The notes beneath the pieces were generated by a model, which worked only from the letters and a program-made list of their open reading frames with translations, made no database searches and had not been told where the DNA came from. A stretch of 64,000 bases of DNA from Rebecca billardiae RCC1528 (taxonomy: Eukaryota; Protista; Haptophyta). The translations under genes and the position numbers were made by a program. This document shows, piece by piece, positions 33,704 through 46,372 of this stretch (position 1 is the stretch's first letter; every line of letters starts with the position of its first letter). The stretch covers positions 1,550,001 to 1,614,000 of the forward strand of contig OZ251231.1 in the NCBI GenBank assembly GCA_965240325.2, given 5' to 3'.

Positions 33704-33967
33704 TGGGATGCATGCGCACAGCCCGACAGGTGGCCGCCGCTTGGCCGAGCAATGGGCTGTGCCGGAGCTTTTCTGACCGAGCCGCCGAAGCCTGCGCGGC
33801 TGCGCGTTACAAGGCGATCGTAGTAGCCGCCAGTGCTGTTGTTCGTCATGACGATGCACTGATGCTGACTGCAGTTTCTGTCTCCGACGGCTTCTGACAA
33901 ACTGAGATAGCAGACCCTACCCGTGTCGCACGGTAGAGCTCTATGATATGTAGCCAATGGTGGTAAT

Positions 33968-34023
33968 ATCTCGCCTGCCTGAACATATTGTGCGTCTCTT
34001 AGCTACATTATTCTTAGAAACTG
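33968..34023. mobile_element. Degenerate solo TIR of the CAGTTTA family
   Basis: ATCTCGCCTGCCTGA..TGTGCGTCTCTT..ATTCTTAGAAACTG|TA. Confidence 0.65.
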
Positions 34024-34734
34024 TAGCTAACTATGATGATATGACCGCGTTCCGCGGTCCTTTTCCGTAGAACCAACGCAGTTCGGGGCCCGCGGCGCAG
34101 TGGTTGAGAATGAGACTGACGAGTCAGTCAGTCCGAGTCAGAAAGACAGTTCAGCCACTCTGAGAGGGAGAGTCAGACCCGAGACCGAGTCTCGGACTCG
34201 GCGCGAGTATGCGGGCGCGCACGGCCAAGGGTGGCATGGGACACCAGCGGACGGGCCGCGCGGGGAAGCGGGGCGGCGCGCTCGCAGGGCGAGAGGCGCG
34301 GACGGGCCGCGCGGGGAAGCGGGGCGGCGGCGCGCGCAGGGCAAGAGGGCGAGAGGCGCCGCGCGGCGCCGGGCCGGCGCGTGCGCGCGTGCGGGCGCAC
34401 CTGCTTCAGCTTGCTTGCAAGGTGCTCGCGCTGCGCCATGCGCTCGACGAAGGGCCGCTGGTCGCGAGCCGGCGCGTGCGCGCGAGCGGGCGCACCTGCT
34501 TGAGGTACTCGCCCTGCGCCATGCGCTCGACGACGGGCCGCTGGTCGCTCAGCCGGCACGCCTCGTGCCGGCAGAGCGAGAGCGCGCGCCACTGCAGACT
34601 GCTGGCCCGCCGGCCTGCCGGCTGCGCAGCCGCGCACCGAGACCGACCGAGCGGAGCTCGGGGCGGTGGAACGAGGCGAGCGGCGCGTCGCGCCTGCCGC
34701 CGCGCGTGCGCGCCTGCTCCACCGCGCCGCCGTG

Positions 34735-35563
34735 CTCGCCCGCCGCCTCCTCCGCCGCGTCGGCCTCGAAGACGGCGGCTGCCAGCGGCAGGCTGAGCTG
34801 CGCGCGGCTCACTCACACTGTCTGTGAGTCCTCACGCTGCTGCCGGACCTCCGCGCCGCCGTCGACCGAGTTGAGGAGGAGCTCGGGCTCGGCGTCGAGG
34901 CGCGAGCTCGCGTGCTCGAGCTCGCCCTTCAGCCGCGCGAGCTCCGGGCGCATCCGGCTCATCAGCTCTGCCGCGCCGCTCGCTCGGCGGCGGCGGGCGG
35001 CGCGCTCTGCTCCGGTCGGCGAGCGACGAGCTCGCGTGCTCCGGACTCGGCTCGCCCTTGCGCGCTGCTCCTCGAGTGACGAACGCGCCCGCGGGCAGGT
35101 TGTTGCCCGTCGCCCCCGCCGCGATCTCGCCGCCCCCGTCGCGATCTCGTCGCCCGCCGCCTCCTCCGCCGCGTCGGCCTCGAAGACGGCGGCTGCCAGC
35201 GGCAGGCTGAGCTGCGCGCGGCTCACTCACACTGTCTGTGAGTCCTCACGCTGCTGCCGGACCTCCGCGCCGCCGTCGACCGAGTTGAGGAGGAGCTCGG
35301 GCTCGGCGTCGAGGCGCGAGCTCGCGTGCTCGAGCTCGCCCTTCAGCCGCGCGAGCTCCGGGCGCATCCGGCTCATCAGCTCTGCCGCGCCGCTCGCTCG
35401 GCGGCGGCGGGCGGCGCGCTCTGCTCCGGTCGGCGAGCGACGAGCTCGCGTGCTCCGGACTCGGCTCGCCCTTGCGCGCTGCTCCTCGAGTGACGAACGC
35501 GCCCGCGGGCAGGTTGTTGCCCGTCGCCCCCGCCGCGATCTCGCCGCCCCCGCCGCGATCTCG
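34735..35563. repeat. Tandem duplication, unit 414 bp x2, inside element A
   Basis: Identical peptides and stops offset by 414 (34813 vs 35227; 34832 vs 35246). Confidence 0.9.
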
Positions 35564-35946
35564 TCGCGCATGTGTCCGTGGCGCGCGCCTGCGAGGTGAC
35601 AGGCGGGCCGCGAGCTCAGCCTCGGGGAGAGCGGAGCGAGAGGGCGAGAGTGCGAGACGCGCGGCCTGCGAGGCGACAGGCGCGCTCGGGGAGAGCATTT
35701 TACTATTCACATTTAGATGTGATCAAGTTTCCCGATCCCGCCCGTCGCCCCCGCCGCGATCTCGCCGCCCCCGCCGCGATCTCGTCGCGCATGTGTCCGT
35801 GGCGCGCGCCTGCGAGGTGACAGGCGGGCCGCGAGCTCAGCCTCGGGGAGAGCGGAGCGAGAGGGCTAGACGCGCGGCCTGCGAGGCGACAGGCGCGCTC
35901 GGGGAGAGCATTTTACTATTCACATTTAGAAGTGATCAAGTTTCCC
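35521..35946. repeat. Tandem duplication, ~220 bp x2, inside element A
   Basis: ccgtcgcccccgccgcgatc...gagagcattttactattcacatttaga..gtgatcaagtttccc occurs twice. Confidence 0.88.
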
Positions 35947-36311
35947 GAGCCCTTGCCTTGCCGTTTTTATCGGTTGGCGGTTGGCGGCAATCTCATACTT
36001 AAAATCGCGCTCGTAACGAACCGTTACACTAATGTCACGTCCAGCTGACGTCCAGATCGCACTTTACTTAAGGGAATCAGCTGGACGCGCTTTTTTTCGG
36101 CCTAATAGACCTCTCTATGCGATCTCAAAAACTCGAAACTCGGTCTCCGCCAGCCCTAAAAATCGCCCCCCGTCCCTTTTTTCTTGATCAAAGATCTTTT
36201 TGAAACGTGGTTCGGGCCCGCTGGTGCGGGCTCCACGCTGCGCGCTCCGCCCTGCACCGCGGGCCACAATGTGGCTCAGGCTGCGCGACTCTGCCGTGCT
36301 GAGTCCAACTA

Positions 36312-36358
36312 CAGTTTACTAAGAATAAGAGACGCACACAGCTCATCAGGCAGGCGAC
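36312..36358. mobile_element. Solo TIR of the CAGTTTA family
   Basis: TA|CAGTTTACTAAGAATAAGAGACGCACACAGCTCATCAGGCAGGCGA. Confidence 0.8.
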
Positions 36359-36420
36359 AGTATCACAGGGCTGCCTTGCTGGCCGGCGAGAACGCGCGCA
36401 AATCCGGCGCGGCGGGCGCC

Positions 36421-37831
36421 ATGGCCGGCCGTGGCGGGACGGGCGATGCGCACACCCGTGAGGCGGTGGACGTCGTGGTGGCGGACGTGGTCGCCGGGCT
36501 GGTGGACGGCGCAGTGGAGCTCGCCCGTGCGGACGCCTCCGAGACGCTCGCCCGCTTCGTCGCCGAGCGCGCCGCCCGCCGGCGCAAGCGCTACATGTCG
36601 ACGATCGTCGAGCTGAGCGTGTCGCGCGCGACGCCGACGCTCGAGACGGCGCGCGAGCTGCTCGACGTGGCGCGCTTCTTCGCGCGTGCGGGCGAGCCGA
36701 GCTACATCTCTTCGAGCGGCGCGATGCACGCGCTGCTCTCCGCCGTGCTCTCCCCGCAGGCGGAGGCTCGCGCGACGGCGCTGCTCGCGTTCGCCTACGT
36801 CGAGATAGGCCGCAAGGAGGTGGCCCCGCTGCTCGAGGCGCTCGGGGCGCGCGCGAGCAGCGTGTGGAGCGCGGCGAACGCGGTGACGGTGCTGCGCGCC
36901 ATGTCCGTCTGCGCCGCGAACCAGCCCACGCTCGTCGCCCTCGGCGCGCACATGCCGCTCCTTGCGCTCGCCAACAAGCGAGGGTGCCCGGCCGCGCTCG
37001 GCGCGGACGCTCTCGGCCTCGTGGCGAACTGCGCGACGGACGCGCGCGTCGCGGCGCAGCTCGGCGCGGACGGGGCGGTGAAGGCGCTCTGCGCCGCCGC
37101 CGCCTCCGCCGCCGCCTCCGACGAGCCGCGCCCGCTCGAGCCCGCGCTGCTCGCGCTCGCGCGCTGCGTGTCGAGCTCAGAGGAGAACCGCTCGCGCCTC
37201 GTAGACTCCCCGGGTGGCCTGCGCAACTTGTTCACGTGGCTGCTGGCGGCGGAGGGCGAGGCGCGCGGCTCGGCGGCGGAGATCCTGCTCGCGCTCGCGC
37301 GCTCGCCGCGCCTCGCGCCCCGGCTCGCGCAGCGGCCGTACGCGCCGCTGCTGATCGAGTGCCTGCAGCGCTCGATGGCGGCAGACGCGGCGCACTGGCT
37401 GCCCGCCACGTGTGAGGCGCTCGCGCTCCTGTGCGAGCCGGAGGAGCTCGCCGCGGCGCTGTCCGGCGCGTGCGGGGAGCAGCTGTACCGCGCGCTGCAG
37501 CACGTGCTCATGACCTCCTCCGTCACCGCCGCGCGCGAGGAGGTCATGCGCACCGTCCAGCGCCTCTCCGAGCTCGACATCGAGGCGGCCGCCGCCACGT
37601 CCGCGCTCGCGCAGCTTGGCTACTCAGTGGGGCCCGGCCGGCCGCCCGCCGGCGCCGCCGGCGGGGGCGGGGGCGCGGGGCTGGGCGGCGGCGTTGGGAG
37701 CGGCGGGGGTGGCGCCGGGGCTGCTGCTGGCGCCTGCGCGGCCGGGCTGGGGCCCACCGCCGACGGCAGTGGCGGCGCAGGTGCCGACGGCAGCGGCGGC
37801 GGCGGCGGCTGCGGCGGCGGTGGCGGCGGCA

Positions 37832-37868
<37 letters not shown>

Positions 37869-40752
37869 GGTGGCGGCCGCCCCGTTCGCCGGTCTCAGCC
37901 GCGTCGACCTGCGGCTGCTGCTGCACTGCGCGTGCGTGGACGCGGGCGCAACGCCGCGGCTGCGCGAGCTCTCGCTGCTCGCCGTGGGCAACCTCTGCTT
38001 CCGCCACGAGGTGCGCCACACCGTGCTCAGCACCTCAGTCGCTGCCATTGCGGCGATCGCCCGCTCCGCGCCTGAGCCGCAGCTGCGCGCGGCGGCGGTG
38101 CGGCTGCTGGCCGCGTGCGGCGCGGAGTCGGCGCTCGGCGGTGCGGGGGGCGGCGATGCGGGGGGCGCGGGGGGCGCGGGCGTGGCGGACCGCGGCGCAT
38201 CCCCGCCCGCGGCGACGTCGGACGCCGACAGCGACGCCGACAGCGTGGAGGACACGTCCGCACTCGGCGCCCTCGGCCGACGGTCGACGCTGCCACGCGG
38301 CGGCGGGCGCGCCGAGCCCGCCGCGCGGCGCGCATCGTCCGCGCCGCTGGGCTGCATGGAGCGCGCGTCGTCCGAGCCGGTGATCAGCCCGCACTGGCGC
38401 GGCGCGGCCGCACAGCCGCCGCCCACGCCGCACCCGCTCCTCGCCCGCCCCCTGCCCTCCGCGCGCGGCGGCGCGCGGCCAGTGCGCATCCTGACCATCG
38501 ACGGTGGCGGCATCCGAGGTCTGGTGGCCCTGCAGGCGCTCCGCCGGCTGGAGGCGCTGGTGGGCGTGCCGCTGCGGAACGTGTTCGACCTGATCTGCGG
38601 CACCTCGACGGGCTCGATCATCGCGTACCTCCTCGGCGCCGTCGGCATCGGCGTCGACGCGGTCGAGTCGCTCTACCTCGACCTCTCGCGCCGCGCGTTC
38701 ACCCGCGCCAAGGGCACGCTCCGCGCGTCAGCTTACAGCGCGACCGCGTTTGCGGAGCTGCTGCAGGACCAGCTGGGCGGCTCGCGGATGCTGGACGCGG
38801 CGGTGTCCGCGGACGGCGTGAGCTCGACCAAGGTCTTCTGCGCCGCCGCGCTCGTCTCCACCTCGCCCCCGCTGCCCTTCCTCTTCCGCAACTTCGAGCA
38901 CTCTGCCCGGGTCCCCTCCCGCTACCCAGGCACAGCGGGCGCGCGCGCGTGGGAAGCACTGCGCGCGTCCACGGCGGCGCCGGGGTACTTCGACCCGGTG
39001 GTGATCGGGCGGGGCGAGGCGCGGCTCACGCTGGCTGACGGCGCGCTGCTGCACAACAACCCCACCTCGCTGGCGCTGCACGAGGCGGGCTGCCTCTGGC
39101 CAGAGAGGCCCTTGGGTGCGATCGTCTCGATCGGCACCGGCCGCGCGCCTGTCGCGGAGGCGCGCGCCTCGCTGCTGTCCGTGCAGAAGACGGTGTCGGC
39201 GCTGGTCTCGTCGGCGACGGACACGGAGCGGACGCACCAGGTGCTCGAGGACGTGCACCCGCCGCACGTCTACTTCCGCTTCAACCCCGAGCACGAGGCG
39301 TGCGCCTCCGAGCTCGACGACACGCGCGAGGCCACCGCCGAGGTGCTCCGCTCAGTGGGCACCGACTATGTCGAGGCGCACGACGAGCGGCTGAGGGAGG
39401 CGGCGGCGCGGCTGGTCGAGCTCGGGCAGCGGGACGCGGCGGCAGGGCGCGAGGCCCGCCGCCGCACGCCGCCCTCCGCGCCCCCGACCCCCGCGGCGGG
39501 CGTGCTGCTGGACGGCCGAGAGGCCGTGCCGGCGCGCGGCGCGCTCGCGCACTCGGCGTGGGCGTGCGCTCCGCACGATGGCGCGCCGCCTCTGTGCCCG
39601 GCGCACTCAGGGGCCACGGAGGAGGGCCTCGGCATGTCGCCGCTGCCCTCGCCTGACGTCGACGGCGGCTCGCTCCTCCCGCCGCACGACGGCAGCCGCG
39701 GCGTGTCCGGCGCGCCCGCGGGCGTGCGCGGCGCAAGCCCCACCCAGCGCGGCGCGGGCGCGGGCGCGGCGCTCGCTGCGCGTGTGCGCCGCACCGTCGA
39801 CTCCCAGCTCGTGCATTTCATGCGCCACTGCGCGACGTCGAGCCTCGCGCGGCTGGTGGACGCGGCGGTCGCGCACATGTCGAGCTCACACGACCGCTTC
39901 ATCCGCTGCCAGACCTTCCTCTCGTGGCTGCTGCGCGGCTTTGCAGAGCCCGAGGCGCACCACCTCGGCGAACTTTGGGTGCTGGTGCAGCCGCTCGCGG
40001 TCGTCGAGCGGCACGAGGCGGGCTTCCGCGCGTTCCTCGCGGACGCGGGGATCGGCGCGGAGACGAGGCGGCATGGCGGGCGGCCGTGGATCGCCGTGCA
40101 CGCCGCGGGGCTGCTCCCGTCCGCCCTCGGCGGCGCCGTGCCCGGCGGCGCGGGCACGGCCGCTTCGGGCGCGACTGCGCCGCACGGCTCGGGCGGCACG
40201 GCCAAGGCCGCCGAGCAGGCACAGGCGCGCGCAGAGACGGAGGCGGCGATGCGCTGGCTCGCCGGCGTGATCGAAGCTATCAAGGAGAAGGCGTGCCTCG
40301 TGATGCTCGCCGGCGCCACGCCCGCGCATACGCGATTGGCGCCTCGCACGGCGCGCGCGCTGCCGAGCACTGCGCGCGCCGATCGCGCCGAGGCGAACGG
40401 CGATGGCGCTCCGATCGCGCAGTGGGCGTCGCCGGTTCGAGCGCTGCCCGCGCTTGGCCACGCGACTGAGCCCGTGGCCGAGAGCGCGCACCGGCCGGGC
40501 GCCTCCCAGCGCTCCGCGCCAGACTCGACCGCGCCGACGCGCTGCGGCACGCGCGGAGACGCGCGCGATGATGTGGCTGCCGCGGCGAGTGCGCCAGCGA
40601 CATGGCCAGGCGGCAACGTGCAATCTGCTGGGGGGCACGCCTCTGCTGACAATGCTGCGCCAGTCACGCGCGCCGATTTTGATGCGCTCAACGCGAAGGT
40701 CGAGCGCATCCTGGAGATGATGGTGAACGGCCGTGCGCCGCGTCATGACTGA
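36421..40752 (+). CDS. ARM-repeat + patatin-like phospholipase (iPLA2-gamma/PNPLA8-like), apparently intronless
   Basis: Helical ARM-like N-half; RILTIDGGGIRG, FDLICGTSTG, ALRASTAAPGYF, DGALLHNNP, VSIGTG, YFRFNP. Confidence 0.92.
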
Positions 40753-41038
40753 TGACTGCGTCAGCGGCGCACCGCGCACGTCGGTCGCGTCGTCGTCGTC
40801 TGCGTGACACTTATCTCTTACAGTATGGCGCACGGCCCCCCCGAAAGGTCTGATGAGCGTGAGCGAAAGCCGGGGGGGGCGGCGCACGTGCTCCGCAAAA
40901 TCAAAAAGAGGATGCGCGCGCAGGATTTTTGGGTTTTTTGTAGGCGGTCGACTTAGGTGTGACATCAAGCGCATATATTAACGACGTGGTATATATATTA
41001 ACGACGTGGTATGCAACGGGCAGGCGTCAGTATATATA

Positions 41039-42704
41039 TGACCGCGTTCCGCGGTCCTTTTTCCGTAGAACGAACGTAGTTCAGGGCCCGCGGTGGCGGT
41101 GCACCCTCCGTCGCAGTCGTCTATTGACAGACCAGTTGCATATGCCCGTACAACTAGACTCCATCAGCGGCGCGCCGCCGCCCGCCGCGCCGGGCGGGCC
41201 CATTGCAGCCGCCGGCGCGGCGCCGATTGTGTACAGGCGGATGCGACGAGGCGTGATCGACGCATGAGCGCGACTCCACGTGCACACCAGGCCACGCGGA
41301 GCTGACAGCCAGGGAGCACGGTGCGGGGCCGCGGATTCGTTCGGGCCGCTGCTGCTGACCGCTGTCCCCGGGGTCCGACCCCCCGCGCCGGCAGCGCCCG
41401 GGAGTAGGGCTGGAGGAGTAGGGTCCGAGTAGGGTTCGACCAGCGCCTGCGCGACGGCCGACAGGCGGGCGCGAGGCGTGATCGACGCATGAGCGCAACT
41501 CTACGTGCACGCCAGGCCACGCGGAGCTGACAGCCCGAGGGAGCACGGTGCCGAGGTGCGAGGGCACCGGTGATCCGGTTCGCGCACTCGCCGCGCGTGC
41601 ACGGGCAGCTGACACACCTCGATCAGGCTCGGCACGCGTTGCAGAGGCACGGCCAGCTCTGGGGACGTCACGCACCACCGTCGCCCGCGCAGCTCGTCCT
41701 CCTCGTAGAGTACCGTTCAGTTCCGAGGCGTAGCCCTCGCTCAGAGTCGACCGACGATGGACTCGGATCGTCGGCGCGCCTGCTCTCTCTCAATCAAGAA
41801 GAGTTCTGGGAGACCCCGGAAAGGCATGGCAAGGGCGGCGCGTGGTGAAGTCGAAGGCTCAGAGATCGATCAGTCCGGCATCAGGCGCCGCTGCCCCCGA
41901 GCTTGCGAGAGCCCGAACACAGGGCGGCGGCTGCGGCGCCGGCTCGCGGACACGCCGGGGCCGCGCAAGGCCGCGCCGAGGCATCGACAGGGCGGCAGGG
42001 GCGGCGGGGGCGCGCGGAGTGAGCGGGGGCACGACGAACGCGATGTCGACGGCAGTCGGGACCCGCCGCAGCCGCGCGCTCCAGGCGCCATTCGCCGCGC
42101 GCACCTGCCCATCGCCGTCCTCACCGTCGGTCGCTCGTGAGCCTCGTGCCCGTGGCTCGCCTCCAAACGCGGGCCGCCTCTGGTGGGCCGCCGCCCGGGG
42201 CCACGCGCGCGCCCAACCAAGTCCGTTCGCGTCAGATAGTATTGAGATTCGCCGAGGTTGGCCCATCGGCTACTGACCCTTGCCTCGTCGGCTCCTGATA
42301 CAGACACGGCGCGATTGAATAGTTGATTCAACTGATTCAAGGGACGTACATGGTCACATCGGTTCGCGGCAATCTATCTAGATACGTCATCGCTCCTTGG
42401 ACCTTGCTGCAATCTCATTGGCCGGAAAAATCGCTTGTAACGGTTCGTTACGTTAGGGATCCTAAAGGGCGTGAAGTTTTTTGGACGGGCGTCACTCCAC
42501 GCTTTACTATGAACTTGCCGTGGGCGCGACCTTTTTCGGCCTTGATGCATGTTAGAGAGGGTCTCAAAATTCGAAACTCGGTCTCCTCCAGCCATGAAAA
42601 TCGTCCCCCGTCCCTTTATTCTTGATCAAAGATCTTTTTGAAACGTTGTTCGGGCCCGCTGGTGCGGGCTCCACGCTGCGCGCTCCGCCCTGCACCGCGG
42701 GCCA
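41039..42704 (-). mobile_element. Non-autonomous element, copy B
   Basis: Same termini; interior is a diverged homolog of copies D/E; abuts (TA)n. Confidence 0.88.
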
Positions 42705-43012
42705 TGAGTGGATATCGCTGCCAATGATTGCGTTTGTAGTAATTGTACTGCCCGCCCTTAATTTTACGATATAGTAAGTAATAGAAGAAATCGAAATCAA
42801 ATAGGACAAAGACATTTCTAGCTACCTTTCTGATAGTCAAGATTCGCCTGTTGAACAGATTATTGCAAACAAGGTCTGAGATATCGAACATTCTTTTGAT
42901 GATAGTCGTTCACTCGGCCTCATATTCATCAAGCGACTCGAGATGTTATTGCGCGGGTAGTCCGAACCGACGTTCCCGCGCGCTCTCGTATCATACGGCT
43001 ATCGAGCTACTG

Positions 43013-43190
43013 ACTTGCTGATATACTCTTGGTCATCTACTGATTATTCTGATACGACGTCAATGCGGGTGGTAATCCATTCTTGACAAATTGTCCAATA
43101 CCCTTTTCCTCTGAAAGGGCCAAAACACTTGCTGATATACTCTTGGTCATCTACTGATACGACGTCAATGCGGGTGGTAATCCATTCTTG
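43013..43190. repeat. ~65-70 bp direct duplication in an AT-rich island
   Basis: acttgctgatatactcttggtcatctactgat...acgacgtcaatgcgggtggtaatccattcttg at 43013-43085 and 43127-43190. Confidence 0.9.
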
Positions 43191-44422
43191 TATTGCGCAG
43201 GTAAGATCTCTTTCAAACCCCATAGGCGGGTGCTGGTATCTTTGATTCCGTTCTTTGAAGATCGAGCTACGCGCGCCCGCGCTCGCTCGAAGACTGCCAC
43301 TGTGCGGGTGGGCTCTCTTCAGCGAGCTCCGTTGGCGTGGAGTCAGCGATCAAGCTGAGGTTGCAGCGCGGCAACATCGTGCATGGTGGGCGGGTACCGA
43401 CGCCGCGCTTTGCACGCCGTCTGCGACGGCATCAAACGCCGCGACCACCGCGGCGCCCGGCCAGCGCGGCAGCATCGGGCCTGCTGACGGCGGGCGTGAC
43501 GGTCGGGCGGGCGCTACGGCATCCGGGCGCGGCGGCGAGTGCAGCAGCGGTGGCGGGCGCGGCGGCTGGCAGAGCGCATCTCGCGACGAGGAATTACTCG
43601 GCGCGCACGTCACGCCGCGCGCGGTATCGATTCGTCGCCCGGTGAGCGCGGCAGCACCGGGCCTGCTGAATGCGGGCGTGACAGCGGCCGGGCGGGCGCC
43701 GCAGCGGTCGGGCGCTGCGCCTGCGCTGGCGCGGCACTGTGGCGGGCGGCGCGGTGGCAGACGCAGCGGCGGACGCCGCGGCGGCGGGCGCGACTGCGGG
43801 CGGAGCGCATCTCGCGACGAGGAGTTACTCGCCGCGCACGTCACGCTGCGCGCATCTTCGAGTGGTTGCTCCGCAGCGAGTGCGGGCAGCACCGGGCCGC
43901 GACAAGAAGACGTTCGGTGCGAACTTCATGCCGCGCACATCATCGAGCGGGGGCTGCGGTGCTGCTTCGGCGAGCGCGTCAGCTGCACCTCCGGCCGAGC
44001 GACTAGTCGACGCAAACGACGACGCGCGACGCATCGAGCTGTTCCGAGCAGTGCCACTTGGCGCTAGTGGCAGCGGCGGGCTGTACACGCTGACGACGTA
44101 TCGAGGCGTGAGGTGGTGGTCCACGCCACCATCGTACCGCGTCGCCTCGCGCACCCCGAGCGCGCGCGACGAGCTGTACGGGCTGGCGGAAGCTGACAGC
44201 ATCCCCGCGCCCGGCGCCGCGACCGCCGGACCCGCGCAGGCCCGGGGCCCTCTCGGAGAGCTGACTGATTTTCGTCCGCGCGCTTTGCTGACTGGTAGCA
44301 TCGTGCCGTGTGATTGGCGGTGAAGCCAACGCGACAGCAACTACCAGCCAGAGCCTACCAGGGCCGTGCGCCCTCAACTTCGTTGTTTACTACCCGAAGA
44401 TCGGCGTAGCCGATCATAGTTA

Positions 44423-46372
44423 TGGCCCGCGGTGCAGGGCGGAGCGCGTAGCGTGGAGCCCCGCCGGGGGCCCTCACTACGTTGTCAAAAAGATCTTTTG
44501 ATCAAAGAAAAGGGGACGGGGGACGATTTTTAGGGCTGTTGGAGGGTGAGTTTTCGATTTTTTGAGGGGGGTATTGCTGTCCATCACAGCTTAAAAGGCC
44601 GCGCCCAAGGTCATTCCGCGTATGTCGTTGGACGGCCGTGGGGTCGATTTAGGTCGAAGATCGAAGGCCGTCACTTTGTCAGTAAAGTTTAGTCATCGTG
44701 TCATCGACGCTATTGAAAACTTGGTCGCCGGTCCAAGGGCCGTATTGTTTTGACAAAGTGCATGTGCATGGGTCATATACTACGACTGTTTCAAACTGCA
44801 TGTCGGCGTACCGAGCGCGCTGTTTGCCGGTTTGCATTATTTTGCGCACGCGGGGGTCATATTGAAAAAAACCGTAGTAAACTGTAATCACGCCTTAACC
44901 AAGTGTGCACGTTAAAACATGGTAAATGGTAGAATATCGGGTTGAAGAATACTAACGACGAAGCTTTGCGCTCGCGTGGCTCGAGCGCGAGATGGATGAA
45001 CCTCCTTTGCCATAATATGAAAGAAAAACGGGTTACCCGCCCGCCAGCGTCTCGCGACGAGGACGGGTGCCCAAGCGGCAAGCGCGCACATCATGATCAT
45101 CGCCGTCGGCGGGCCCATCTTCGGCCGGCTCGAGCTGATGCACATCACGACGCTCAAGCAGGCGCTGTCCGTACCGACGTTGGCGCGCCTCCAGCGGATG
45201 GTCGACAAAGCACCCGTGGGCGAAGGAGGACCACAATCATGGCCGAGTCATCGGAGACGTCGCTGACCTCGCGGCTTCAAACAATCAAACATCAACTGCT
45301 CAGCCGGTTGCCACCGCGGCCGAGCGGTGCGCGCTCGCCACCGCGGCCGGCGCTGTGCACGGGCGTGCTGAGCCCGGGCCGCGTGAGCTCGCCCACCTCG
45401 CCCGGCGCGCACGCCGACGCCGCCACCGCGGCTCGGCGGCCGGACTCATCTCGGCCCGCAGCGCTTGCGTCCCCCCGCGGCGGCGCGCGCCGCCGTCGCC
45501 GCCGCGCAGGCCGTGCACTCGGTGGATGAGGAGACGGCCCTGCTGCGCGCGGAGCGCTGCGCGCCGCGCGCTGCTCCTGCTGCGGCGCGCAGTAGTCCGC
45601 TCGTCCGCCCCGCGGGCTCGCCACGGAGCCGACGAGCGCGATGACGACAATCGAATGAGCACGAGTGCGCACGGAGGCGCTGGGCGCCGAGCTGGCGAAG
45701 CGCGGCGCCGAGCTCGACGCGCTGCGCGACGCGGCGACGGACGCGCTGGGCGCGCGCGGCGCCCTCGTCGCGACGCCCCGTGCAGCAGCTCGAGCAGCCA
45801 GCTGTGGAGTAGACGGCCGTCGACTCGAGGGCGCCACCGCGCCGGGTGAGTGAGCACGCACGGGCTCCGCCTCGGTCGGAGGCTGGCTGGCCGCCGCCGT
45901 GGCTTCGAGGCCGACGCGGCGGAGGAGGCGGCGGGCGAGCACGGTGGCGCGGTGGAGCAGGCGCGCACGCGCGGCGGCAGGCGCGACCCGCCGCTCGCCT
46001 CGTTCCACCCCGAGCTCCGCTCGGTCTCGCCTCTCGGTGCGCGGCTGCGCAGCGCCGTGAGCGCAGGCTGGGGCCGCTGGGGGTGGGGCCAGCAGAGTGG
46101 TGCGCGCTCTCGCTCTGCCGGCACGAGGCGCGCCGGCTGAGCGACCAGCGGCCCGTCGTCGAGCGCGTGGCGCAGCGCGAGCACCTCAAGGCAGGCTCGC
46201 CCTGCGCGCGCGCGCCGCTGCCCCGGCCGCCGTCCGTACTTCTTCGCGCGGGCCCGCGGCGACAGTCCTCATCGGCCCGCCATGTTGACCAGACTGAGAC
46301 AGCAGCCGACGGAGGGTGCACCGCGGGCCCCTAACTACGTTGGTTCTACGGAAGGACCGCGGAACGCGGTCA
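44423..46372 (+). mobile_element. Non-autonomous element, copy C (opposite orientation)
   Basis: Starts TGGCCCGCGGTGCAGGGCGGAG, ends TGCACCGCGGGCC...GACCGCGGAACGCGGTCA|TATATA; ~45900-46190 homologous to ~34490-34770 of copy A. Confidence 0.85.

Larger units (their letters stand above)
34042..36266 (-). mobile_element. Non-autonomous element, copy A (asymmetric IR + terminal hairpin family)
   Basis: Ends TGACCGCGTTCCGCGGTCC... and ...CTGCACCGCGGGCCA shared with 4 other copies; ~36001-36266 nearly identical to ~56880-57144. Confidence 0.85.

Noticed and set aside
36184-36420. N-terminal extension of the 1522-aa ORF
   Set aside because: Reads through an element end and a TIR from a non-ATG start; the first plausible ATG is 36421.
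37790-37870. (GGC)n run
   Set aside because: Poly-Gly linker inside the patatin gene, common in this genome.
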